Both the position numbers and the translations under genes were made by a program. Below the pieces are notes generated by a model. The model did no database searches, had not been told where the DNA came from, and saw only the letters and a list, made by a program, of their open reading frames with translations. From Lama glama (lineage: Eukaryota), in the NCBI GenBank assembly GCA_028534125.1, contig CM052817.1:100814001-100878000 (forward strand): a stretch of DNA of 64,000 bases. The letters are read 5' to 3'. This document shows positions 49,101 through 56,960 of this stretch, one piece after another; positions within the stretch are counted from its first letter, which is position 1, and every line of letters begins with the position of its first letter.

Positions 49101-50719
49101 CAGACACATTGATCCAATCATTTTCAGACGCTCAAGAAACTACTCAGGCAAGGTTAAATATCACCCCCAGGAGTGTGTTTAAGGCACACGTGGTAGCGGT
49201 GGTAGTTACCAGGGGTGAAGAGGGGTAGCTGGGCTCTGCTCCTGTGGGAGCTGAGGGACGTCCACCAGGGAAAGGAGTCTGCTCCAGAGGTCCTGATGGA
49301 GGGGGGACGTGGTTGGTCCCCGGGTGGGAGAAGAGAGACCCTGGAGGCCATGTCAGGAGAGCTGACTTGGGATGGGTCTCGGACATCTCGCCTTCCTCCA
49401 TCTCAGTGCACCCCCAGCACAGCTGCACCCCCAGTACGGCTTAAACTGCATCATCTTTAAGCTCCCTTCCAGCTCCAAAACTTTGTGCATTAAAAAACAC
49501 AAGGTCCCCCAAACTCATTTCGAACGCTAACCTCAATCTCAGTGGAGAACATTTTTCCAGTTGGAATGGTCGGCCTTTCACTTCCCATTTTCCACCTCAG
49601 CCGCCTGGAGAGACCATGTGGAAAGCACCCAAGGAAAGGGAGGTTGAGGTGGGGTGGGGAGCTGCTGACAGCTAATCTCCCAGAGGCTGCCTGTCTGTGA
49701 GGTCAGGCCAGATGCCCCCATCCTCTTTAAAGAACCGCAGCTTGAGTCCTTTCCTCATGCGTTCGGTACTGCCCTACACCAGCAGCAGGCAGTGTCCACT
49801 GACAGGAACCACGGGCAACTAGTTTATTTACCCACAAGCAAATCCACACAACTGTAAGAGGCAGTGGCGGCTGATTGTGCTTGTAGCAACTGCCAGGCTG
49901 TAACTCAACTGCTGCTCTTAGTTCAAAATTATGAGGTTTAATATGTCGTCTTTTCTGATACCTTTGATTCACTATCACATTACTTTTTAAAGCAAAGCTT
50001 CATTAGTAACAATCAACGCAAAGAAAATCTCTCCCCAAATAACAAGATCAAAGAAAAACAGATGAAAGGCTTTATAAGAGTGGATGCCTGGTAATTTCTC
50101 TGATAATTTCCTGTTTACTTCCTTTTTCTTTTTTTAACTTACGGTGTTTCATTAGTATACTTTCCAGTAGTAAATTTCCATACCCCAATTTTTCCAGGAG
50201 TTTTTGGTACCAGCAGACTTCTCAGCACACGTTATTAAAGTAAATCTATAATTTCTCTATTTCAGCTGATTGAAACGTTCTTTTACAGGAACTGCCAACG
50301 AGTTGATAATTTTCTTAATATGCCCATTAAAGTCGCTGAATGACTGGGACCCACACATCTTAGAAAACAAAGATTGCGGGAAAGTTCAATTCAGTGAGGG
50401 AGCTGGAGCTGGATTAACGAGCGGCAGGCGAAGCCAAATGCCCCCTCCCCCTCCTCCCCGCTCCAAAAAAACAGAAAAGAAAAAGACAGTTCTACTTTTC
50501 TTCACTTTTTTTCACAGAGTGGATTAGGTTTTTCTGGGTGTTACCCTCCCCGGCAGAGTTCTGTAGCCTCGGGCACCAAACAAGCCTTCATTATCCTCCG
50601 TGCCTGGAGAGGAAACCCCTGCGGTGCTTACCCGGAGCCTGGCCGCTGGGGAGGGACGCGATCACCAGCGCGAAGACGAGGGCGGCGCGGGGAGCCGCGG
50701 TGTCCGCGCGCCCCGGCAT
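10747..50719 (-). CDS. TMEM154: Transmembrane protein 154, complete spliced CDS of 7 coding exons (579 nt, 192 aa): signal peptide, acidic/Thr-rich ectodomain, one TM helix, cytoplasmic tail
   Basis: Exon lengths 88+261+39+28+86+61+16 = 579 nt join in frame through canonical GT/AG sites. The translation contains [22 protein letters not shown] and [28 protein letters not shown], which I recognise as TMEM154. Confidence 0.96.
12020..13560 (-). mobile_element. Ancient LINE-1 (L1ME-like) remnant
   Basis: T-rich, degenerate L1 antisense motifs, e.g. CTAGAAGAGGAATTGCTGGGTTAAA and ATTGAGTCTTTCATCCAGGAATG. Confidence 0.65.
13590..13800 (+). mobile_element. MIR SINE
   Basis: CAGCCACTTCCTGGCTGTGTGCCCTTGAGCAAGTTAACCTTTCTG. 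Confidence 0.7.
15204..15238 (+). repeat. Interrupted (CA)n microsatellite
   Basis: ACAC...AGAG...ACAC run. Confidence 0.85.
17290..17475 (+). mobile_element. Older LINE-1 (L1MC-like) 3' end
   Basis: CTCTGTACTTTCTGTTCAGTTTTGCTGAGAACCTAAAACT resembles the terminus of the 51445 element. Confidence 0.7.
19635..19649 (-). promoter_or_regulatory. Candidate CTCF site in intron 6
   Basis: Minus strand ACCACTAGGTGGCTC closely matches the CTCF core CCASYAGRKGGCRS. Confidence 0.45.
20151..20211 (-). CDS. TMEM154: TMEM154 exon 6 ([21 protein letters not shown])
   Basis: Acceptor ctgtcctag|CC and donor CCAAG|gtactt. 61 nt. Confidence 0.93.
20683..20851 (-). mobile_element. tRNA-derived SINE (Vic-1-like)
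   Basis: Reverse complement reads TATAGCTCAAGTGGTAGAGC...GGGTTCAATCCCCAGTACCTCC plus an A-rich tail. Confidence 0.9.
21638..21833. mobile_element. MER3-like hAT-Charlie MITE
   Basis: Perfect 14-bp terminal inverted repeat GTGCTGTCCAATAG / CTATTGGACAGCAC. Confidence 0.88.
22233..22318 (-). CDS. TMEM154: TMEM154 exon 5 ([28 protein letters not shown])
   Basis: Acceptor tttctctag|A and donor AATG|gtatgt. 86 nt, the most conserved cytoplasmic segment. Confidence 0.96.
23208..23420 (+). mobile_element. Short LINE-1 3' end
   Basis: ACAGGGAACTATATTCAAT...TGCTGTACACCTGA...CTACACTTCA, shared with the other L1 3' ends in this window. Confidence 0.85.
23744..23771 (-). CDS. TMEM154: TMEM154 exon 4, 28-nt micro-exon ([10 protein letters not shown])
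   Basis: Acceptor ctctcttttag|GT and donor AAAGT|gtaagt. Phases fit both neighbouring exons. Confidence 0.92.
24310..24823 (+). mobile_element. Degenerate ERV LTR
   Basis: U5-like end CCTTTCCTTTGCTGCAAACCC...GCGGGCA...GGTTACA. The 5' boundary is uncertain. Confidence 0.55.
24830..25110 (+). mobile_element. LINE-2 3' end
   Basis: Ends in ATATTTATTGAATAAATGAAT, the typical L2 tail. Confidence 0.65.
27167..27390 (+). mobile_element. tRNA-derived SINE (Vic-1-like)
   Basis: GGGTATAGCTCAGTGGTAG...GGGTTCAATCCCCAG followed by a long A-rich tail. Confidence 0.9.
27647..27785 (-). mobile_element. tRNA-derived SINE (Vic-1-like)
   Basis: Same family in inverted orientation. TGTTTTCTTAAA occurs on both sides. 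Confidence 0.9.
28000..28230 (-). mobile_element. MIR SINE
   Basis: AAGTGCTTTACAT...CTCACAACAACTCTGTAAGGTAG...CCCATTTTACAGAAGAGGAGACT. Confidence 0.8.
28820..29403 (+). mobile_element. 5'-truncated LINE-1 3' end with internal (CA)n
   Basis: Contains the ORF2 end (ATGGATGGACCTAGAGATGATCATATTAAGTGAA), 3' UTR and poly-A. AAAAAACTGG flanks both sides. Confidence 0.9.
28923..28961 (+). repeat. (CA)n microsatellite
   Basis: Uninterrupted AC run of about 19 units. Confidence 0.95.
30055..30152 (-). mobile_element. tRNA-derived SINE, short-tailed copy
   Basis: Same head sequence. TSD TAGCATAG(A/C)TTTA at 30042-30054 and 30153-30165. Confidence 0.88.
30655..30693 (-). CDS. TMEM154: TMEM154 exon 3 ([13 protein letters not shown])
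   Basis: Acceptor ttctgcacag|AG and donor ACAT|gtgagt. 39 nt, following a 90-nt intron. Confidence 0.93.
30784..31044 (-). CDS. TMEM154: TMEM154 exon 2, ectodomain plus TM helix ([10 protein letters not shown]...NMNST...[36 protein letters not shown])
   Basis: Acceptor ttcccacag|AT and donor CCAG|gtatgt. 261 nt, phase 1-1. Has an NST sequon and a basic stop-transfer cluster RKRKKNK. Confidence 0.96.
32431..32900 (-). mobile_element. ERV solo LTR, same orientation as TMEM154, in intron 1
   Basis: TG...CA termini. Minus-strand order is CCAAT array, octamer, TATAAAA (32607-32613), then degenerate poly(A) signal GATAAA (32536-32541). The TSD is imperfect. Confidence 0.8.
32661..32729 (+). repeat. 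Tandem 24-bp repeat, about 2.9 copies (AAATGGACCAATCAGGAGTGATRG), inside the LTR
   Basis: Units start at 32661, 32685 and 32709. Confidence 0.95.
34312..34846 (+). mobile_element. ERV1-type solo LTR inserted into or next to a MIR
   Basis: TGTTA...TAACA inverted termini and a perfect 4-bp TSD AAAT (34308-34311, 34847-34850). TATAAG near 34674 and AATAAA at 34736-34741. Confidence 0.9.
37603..37770. mobile_element. MER5-like hAT MITE
   Basis: CAGTGCTTTTCAGCCTTGG...GAATCACC...GCAGCAAGGTTGAGAACCA. Confidence 0.75.
37937..38064 (-). mobile_element. tRNA-derived SINE (Vic-1-like)
   Basis: Reverse complement reads GGGGAGGGTATAGCTCAGTGGTAGAGTGCATGCC...GGGTTCAACTCCCAGTACCTCC. Confidence 0.9.
38245..38422. 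mobile_element. MER5A-like hAT MITE
   Basis: CAGAATCACCGGGAGGGCTT...CCCCCAGAGCTTCTGATT...CACCTTGAGAACCA. Confidence 0.75.
38780..40045 (+). mobile_element. LINE-1 ORF2 fragment (RT to C-terminal region), degenerate
   Basis: Encodes the LFADDM RT motif near 38810-38827, then [16 protein letters not shown] and [10 protein letters not shown] segments. Broken by stops and frameshifts. Confidence 0.95.
40125..40332 (+). mobile_element. 3' half of an ERV1-like LTR
   Basis: TATAAAGGGAGCCTGAATTCTGACT...TTTGGACTCGGTAACA terminus. Confidence 0.65.
42003..42215. mobile_element. MER53-like palindromic hAT MITE
   Basis: Arms TTAAATTTGAACATCAGATAAACAACAAATAATTTTTTAGTATAAATATGTCCCATGCAA and TTGCATGAGATGTACTTATACTAGAAAAG...TTTGAAATTTACATTTAA. 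Perfect 8-bp TSD ATCATAAA at 41995-42002 and 42216-42223. Confidence 0.9.
43080..44270 (-). mobile_element. LINE-2 fragment
   Basis: Purine-rich degenerate sequence with L2-typical antisense motifs GTACCAGGCACCACTCCAGGTTCTGGGACACAAAAGTGAA and GAGGAGGTGACCAATGAGTTGAATCT. Confidence 0.7.
44400..44560 (+). mobile_element. Very short LINE-1 3' end with (TA)n
   Basis: TATAATGGAAAAGAATCT...CACCTGAAACTAACATTGTAAATCAACTACACTTCAATAAAA. Confidence 0.8.
44650..45190 (-). mobile_element. Ancient LINE-1 (L1ME-like) remnant
   Basis: TAAATACTTGGTAGTGAATTGTTGGAG...CCAAGTTGTTCTCCAAAATGGTTGTA. Confidence 0.6.
46166..46194 (+). repeat. (CA)n microsatellite
   Basis: AC run of about 14 units. Confidence 0.9.
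47000..47235 (+). mobile_element. MIR SINE
   Basis: GCTGTGTGACCTTGGGCAAGTCACTTAACCTCTCTGTGCCTCAGTTTTCTCATCTATAAAA. Confidence 0.9.
48430..48570 (+). mobile_element. tRNA-derived SINE (Vic-1-like)
   Basis: Perfect 14-bp TSD AATTATTGAGTTCC at 48414-48427 and 48571-48584. Confidence 0.92.
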
Positions 50720-50960
50720 GATGCTGATGCTGTGCGGAGTTTCAGCCCGGCTGAAACGTGAACATTTCCTGTTTCCTGCTTGTTTGGGTCGGTGCTCACT
50801 TGAAGGAGAGGTGTTTGCCTGTTTTTTAGGAAGTGATGTAATTCTGCAGGAGCCTGTCAGACCAGCAAGAATTGCAAAAGAGAAGTTGCTCTTCGAGCAC
50901 TGATTCAGTTACACGCCTCTCAAGCCCTTTCTCCCTCCCGGCCCTGCGTGGGCCTCTATC
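50540..50960 (-). promoter_or_regulatory. TMEM154: CpG-rich promoter / 5' UTR of TMEM154
   Basis: Dense CpGs around exon 1. Tandem ETS cores (minus-strand CAGGAAACAGGAAAT, 50764-50778), AGGAAGTG at 50828-50835, and C/EBP-like TGATGTAAT (50834-50842) and ATTGCAAAA (50871-50879). Confidence 0.75.
50632..50719 (-). CDS. TMEM154: TMEM154 coding exon 1 ([29 protein letters not shown]), signal peptide
   Basis: ATG at 50719 with A at -3. Hydrophobic core [12 protein letters not shown]. Donor CCG G|gtaagc. Lies in a CpG-rich region. Confidence 0.92.
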
Positions 50961-51104
50961 TTTTGAAATTGTCCCTGTGGAAGCAGTGACCGTTGCTCAG
51001 ATGTCATTCAGGATCTGGGACTGACGGGGTCCTGCACCACACGCATTCTCGATTTGTGATTTTATTCAACCCCGGGGTCAGCCTCCTTGGCTGCCTCGAG
51101 TCCA

Positions 51105-51292
51105 GAGCCGCGCTAACCAGTAGAACTTTCTGAGATGACGGGCATGTGCTGAATCTCCCGTGTCCAATACGGTAGCCATCAGCCACCTAGGCTACGGAGC
51201 CCTTGAAGTAAGGCTAGCGCGAACTGGTTTGTTAGTTTGAATTTTTATTGAATTTAAATAATGTCATGTAGCTACCACATTAGACAGCACAG
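51105..51292. mobile_element. MER3-like hAT-Charlie MITE just upstream of the promoter
   Basis: TAGAACTTTCTGAGATGACGG...TGTCCAATACGGTAGCCA...TTAGACAGCACAG. Confidence 0.8.
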
Positions 51293-51444
51293 ACCCTGAC
51301 AGTAGGCCACTTGTGCCGTCAGGAAATGCCAACCCACTTCTCTCTGGCCAGGCACGACGTGCCCTAAATGCCCCGCCCACCAAGGCTCCTGGCTGGGAAG
51401 GGAACTCATCTTTTTATGTTTGTTTTTTGTGTTTCCCTTGTAAA

Positions 51445-52140
51445 GACTATTTTTTAGAACCAGCGTTAGATTCGCAGCAAAATTAAGAGGAAAGTACAGA
51501 GATTTTCCATAGAGCCCCAGCCCCACATCTGCAAGCCTCCCCCATTAGCAACCCCCACCCCGACCCTGCAGAGTGGGGCATTTGTTCCAGCTAACATACT
51601 CACACTGATAGGTCATAACCAGCACAGTTCACATGAGGGTTCACTCCTGCTGTTGTATATCTGTGGGTTTGGACAGATGTATAATAATGACATGCATCCG
51701 TCTTAGAGGTCCACCCTGAGTAGTTTCACTGCTGAAAAAATCCTCTGCTCCCCCTGTTCATCCCTCCCTCACGACGCCCCCACCCCCCCTAACCCCAGCA
51801 ACTAGTGATCATTTTACTGTCTCCATAGTTTTGTCTTTTCCAAAATGGCAGAAAATTGGACTCATAAAATAAGCAGCCTTTTCAGGTTGGCTCCTTTCAC
51901 TTAATAATATGCATTTAAATTTCCTCTATGTCTTTTCATGGCTTAAGAGCTCATTTGTTTTTAGTGCTGAATAATACTCCATTGTCTGGATGTGCCACAG
52001 TGAATTTATCCATTCACCTATTGAAGGATATATTGGTTGCCTCCGAGTTTTGACAATTATGAATAAAGCTGCTAGAAACTTCTGCGTGCAGCTCTTTCTG
52101 TGGATGTAAATTTTCACCTCCTTTGGGAAAATACCAAGGA
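51445..52140 (-). mobile_element. Older LINE-1 (L1MB/MC-like) 3' region
   Basis: Minus-strand peptide FLAALFIIVKTRRQPIYPSIGEWINSLWHIQTMEYYSALK is typical of the ORF2 C-terminus. Confidence 0.88.
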
Positions 52141-55139
52141 GTTTGCTGAATATATGATTAGAGAGAAATGATCTTTTAAAGGGCCCATTCCCAAAGCAGA
52201 ATATGTTCTTGGGGGGAAAAAAAAACCCTGTGTTTTATCTTTCTTCCTTTTTGAATGACAGTTTTCTCAGAGGTTGTTAACAATGAACAAATTAGGACTG
52301 AGTTGGATTAGAATGGGGGGTGGAAATTCTACCCAACTGGAACAATGCAGGGAAGAGGTGACAGTTGATAGCAGTGTGTGGGGAGATTAGAGTAGGTTAC
52401 TTTTTTTTTTTTTCTGTTCTATTGCAGTCCTTCCCCTGATTTAGGTCTAGGGCCTAACTACTACAGAATGGAATTTCACAATCATGTTTGTTGTAGTGCC
52501 AGGAGAGATAGGCAGATAGGAAGAGGCATCAGACACCCAACTCATCTCATCAACCTTTGCCTGGTTACTGTGAGTCACCAACTTCCCGTGTGTTCCATCT
52601 TCAGTGATCTGGCTGGTGGAAGCCCACGAGGTGACTGAGTCCTCAGCCCCTTGCATTGCCATTCATTTTTTGTTGAAGGCATTGCTGCTGTTCATGGTCA
52701 CTGGCTACAGTTTATCTCAGTTCTTATTCACAGAAATAGGTTGACGCTTCATGTCATACTCAGTGATGATTCAGGTAATATTAAATCTACGTAATAGATT
52801 TACAGTGTGCATTTATATATTTTAAACAGGCAATTGAGTCAGTTCTGGGTAAAATAGGCTTTGCACTTTAGGTGACAATACAGGACGAATGGCAGAAGGA
52901 AATAGAGTTCAAAACTGGATGATTGATTTGAAGACAGCAGGGAAAGATCTATGAATCCAGCTCTTGAAGAGCAAGTGAATAGAGCGCTGGATTTGAGGGC
53001 AATCATTCCTGTACTCGCAGGCATTCTCCCGCTGCGACGCAAATGTGCAAGAGAAAAGGCCCCCCAGGGGAGGTGGGGGCTTAGGAGCTCTCGTTATTCA
53101 CGCCCTTGGCTTGAGGCGTGTATTTGGCAAAGGACTTGGTGTGAGCCTCGTTTCTTTGATTTTAAAACTAGGGCTTGCTGGAGGCTTTGCAGAGTCAGGT
53201 GTCTGTGGCTGGAGCACAGTCCTACGCATAGCCCGGTCACCGCCAGCCAGTGCTTCATGGTTTCTCCAAGGGTGCCCTGTGTTCCTTTGGAGCAACACTA
53301 CATCACTTAAAATGATGTGCGAAATAAACCAAGGCCCCAGAGAAACCCTGTAATTTTCTTTTGACCCCAGTGCTCTCTAAAACACTACGAGTGATTAAGC
53401 TGATCTTAAGGGGAAGAAAATTACCATCGTTGATCAGAAAATTGTAGTGCCTCAGTGATCTCTTTGCTGCAGTTGAAAAATCATAGGGAGACTGCGTGCT
53501 AGGTAAAGGGCTATTTACCTCTGTTTGTTCTAATTTTCCCAACCATTAATTTTGGCAGTAGCTGCCTGGCCTCAGATTAAATCATGATACACTCGTGGCA
53601 GGGAAGTCAGGGCCCCAGTCAGAGCCTCGAGGCAGCGGGGAGCCTCAGAGCCCACGGCAGGCTCACAGGCAGGGGTGAGATGAGCAGGGCCTGTCTTTGG
53701 CTTTCAGCGGTGGGAGGAGGAAGGCAGGTAAGGAAGTAGGGGGCCCAGGAGATGCCCCCGAGAGCCCCTCTTGCTCAGGATGGCAGGAAGAGAAGCCCGT
53801 TCCTCTTTGGAGAGACTCTATTACTTTGCATAAGAGTCTGGCTTCTACAATCAACTCCCTGTATTACAGAAATAACTCTCATTTCTGATTCCTCCTCCCT
53901 TCCCTCCTGGCCCTCCCCTCAGCCATAAAAGAGGAGGGACTCCAAGGCAATAGCCCAGAAGCGATAAGCTCTGGCAGGGAATGTGGGGGACCCCCCCAGT
54001 ATTCCTCCTCCACCCCCCTAACCTCGCCATTTCCAACACACACAGCCAGGCACACACACACTCGCTCACGCACGCACGTACACACAGCTCGCTCTCACAT
54101 ACACGTACTGGTGCCCACTGCAGAGATACAGGAAGACCCACCAAATGAGACAGGCCAAGGCTGCTTAACTGAGAGCTAGCTGCAGCAGGGGAGTCTGCAC
54201 CACCGCCTGCATGAGGCAGAGACTCAAGGGCAGGCAGAGGAGCCGGCAAGATCTACAGCGGGAAAAGCGGGAGGCTTCGTGGCGCACTGATGGAGGTGTT
54301 GGGGTAGGGAATCTGCTGAGTTCTGGGGACTGGTTCCAGGGATTGGTTAGAGGTGCGATCTGCCTTCTCCTAGATCAGAATCAGATAGAAAATTAGGGTC
54401 GATTGATACAGAGATTATTTTATTTTTTGAATTTTAATTGGCTTTTTATTAAGTCAAAAAACAAATAGTAGGTCAATGACAAAGTTGGTGGCTGTTTCAT
54501 GTGAAACCTTCCTTAAGCAATTCTTATCTGATTAAAATAAAAGCTAAAACAAACATAAAATGAGAGTTCACATTCCTAGCAGAAACTGGCAAAATCTTTT
54601 GGACAAATGAGACTCGACATCAACATTCATAGGTTTACATGTGAATGCATACTCACATAACCCAGAATTATTCCATTATCACTCAGGTTTGTAAATCATA
54701 TTCTGATTACTACTCTGTGATTGGTGACATAGGGATTATTGTTCATCTTCTTGGACCAGTTCCTAGAGGGAGGGTCTGAGTTCTGTTTTGATTTATGTGT
54801 CTATGTGGTCTGGCTGTTGTATCCTCAGTCTTCAACACCCACCCAGACGCACACTCACATACTCATAGATGTACCTACAGGCTCACACACCCACAAACTT
54901 ACAACAACACACTATGTTTGCTTAACGAGGGGCGGGCCCTCAGACACAGTAATAGAGACATCAGGTGGGGCCTCCAAGATCACTCCGAGGCCACTTAGGA
55001 GGGGGCAGGGAGGAGGCAGCTTAGGGTCCTGGGTTCTAAAGGAGCGCTCAGAGAGGTGGGTGGGCAGGGTGGGGTTGGGGACAGGAGCAGAACTCCAACG
55101 CGGCTGGAGAAGCCCAGCCAGGAGAGTGGCTGACAGCAG

Positions 55140-55518
55140 GTCCCTGCATCCTAGCCGGCTCACGCTGCCATACAAAACGCCATAGATCAGGCAGCTTAAA
55201 CAACAGACACTTATTTTCTCATCATTCTGGAGGCTGGACTTCTGAGATGGGGTTGCCCTCACGGTCGGGTTCTGGGGAGGACCCTCTCCCTGGGTCGGAC
55301 GGCCACATTCTTGCTGGGTCCTCACAGAGCGCTGAGACGGAGTAAGCTCCCTAGAATCTTTTCTTACAAGGACACCCATATCATCGTGAGGACCTCACCC
55401 CCACGACCCCATCTAACCTGAATCACCTCCCAAAGGCCACATCCCCGCACACCATCATATTGGAGGGTAGGGCTTCAACACCTGAATCTGGGGCACCACC
55501 AGCGTTAGGTCCGTAGCA
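55140..55518 (-). mobile_element. MaLR LTR (MLT1A/B-like)
   Basis: GCTTAAACAACAGACACTTATTTTCTCA...TTCTGGAGGCTGG...CACCTCCCAAAGGCC...GGGCTTCAACA. Confidence 0.85.
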
Positions 55519-56014
55519 CACAGCCTTTGGAGCTGGGAGCCCACCCAGCCAGGGTCAGCCTGACCCGGCCCTCTGACTTGTCAGAACCCTCAGTGGTTCT
55601 GTCCCTCAGTCGTGACTGCCCACCTCGGTCATTCACCCTTCAGCTGGTCACTCAGAAAAGATATTCCAGGGTTTGGGGAACCCACCCCAGGCCTCTGCCT
55701 GGACAACCTACACGACAGCGTCTCCAGGATCTAGGCAGAAAATCGGATCACTAAAATCGAACTGAGAAGAATGCAGTTAGGAGCTGAAGTGGCACGTGGG
55801 GCAGGCGCAGGGCTCTGGTCTGCAGGGACCTCCAGGGAGCACTCGAGGAGAAGAGGCTCAGTGCTCCTCCCCTCGGTGATCTGCGTCCCCCTGAGGACAG
55901 GGGCTTCTCTGCCTTGTTTCTCAGTCTATCCCCAGCATTTAGGACAGTGCTTCATATTTTTCTTTGAATGAACAAATAAGTGAATGAGGAAATGAATAAA
56001 AAACTCCTTTTACA

Positions 56015-56757
56015 TATACGATGGAACACTTCTCACCCATAAAAAAAATGCCGTTTGCAGGAACACAGATGGAACCAAAGATTGTCATTCTAAGTGAAGT
56101 AAGCAAGAAAGAGAAAGAAAAATATCATATGTTATCACTAATGTGGCATCTAAAAAAAAGGACACAATTGAATTTATTTCCAAAACAGAAACAGACTCAC
56201 TGACATAGAAGACAAACTTATGGTTACAAAGGAGGAAAGGAGATGGGAAGGGATAAATTTAGAGTTCAAGATTTGCAGATACTACTATATATAAAACAGA
56301 TAAACAACAAGTTTATACTGTAGAGCACAGGGAACTATGTACAATATCTTGTAGTAACCTATAATGAGAAATAATCTGAAAAGGAATAAATGTATGTATA
56401 TGTATGACTGAAACAGTATGCTGTACGCCAGAAATTGACACAATGTTGTAAACTGACTATACTTCAATAAAAGAAAAAAATGTATCTCAAAACAAACAAA
56501 CAAGCTTATGGTTATGGAGGGGAGGGGTAGGGAGGGATAAATTGGGTGTTTGACATTTGTAGATACTCACTACTGTATATAAAATAGGTAAACAACAAGA
56601 TCTGACTGTACAGTACAGAGAACTATATTCAGAATCTTATAATAGCCTATAATGAAAAAGAATATGAAAAGGAATAATATGCATAAATAAATCACTTTGC
56701 TGTACACCAGAAATTAACACAACATTGTAAATCAACTATACTTCAATCCAAAAAAAA
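56015..56757 (+). mobile_element. LINE-1 3' end with two tandem 3' UTR modules
   Basis: ORF2 C-terminal peptide MPFAGTQMEPKIVILSEVS, then the 3' UTR twice (about 56200-56480 and 56495-56757). Confidence 0.9.
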
Positions 56758-56767
56758 TTTCTTTTAC

Positions 56768-56960
56768 AGCAGTATTTTTCAGGTGCACTGTGGGTGGGGC
56801 TACTTACATCAGAATTATTTGGAGAGTTTGTTAAAAAGCAGAGTCTTGGACCCCACCCCTGCACTACTGAGTCAGAGTCTCTGAAGCTGAGGCCCAGAAT
56901 TCTGCATTTTTAATGATATTTGGGGACATTTTCATACACGATAAAACTGGAGAATTCCAG
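56768..56960. mobile_element. MER5-like hAT MITE
   Basis: CATCAGAATTATTTGGAGAGTTTGTTAAAAAGCAGA...GCCCAGAATTCTGCATTTTTAA. Confidence 0.7.

Noticed and set aside
50538..50903. 121-aa plus-strand ORF across the promoter
   Set aside because: GTG start and antisense to exon 1. Long ORFs arise easily by chance in GC-rich, stop-poor sequence.
53920..54300. Possible plus-strand promoter or first exon (CATAAAA, CA/CG-rich tract, short ORF at 54211)
   Set aside because: No convincing splice donor or coding signal. Part of it looks like a degenerate LTR fragment, so I cannot support a gene.
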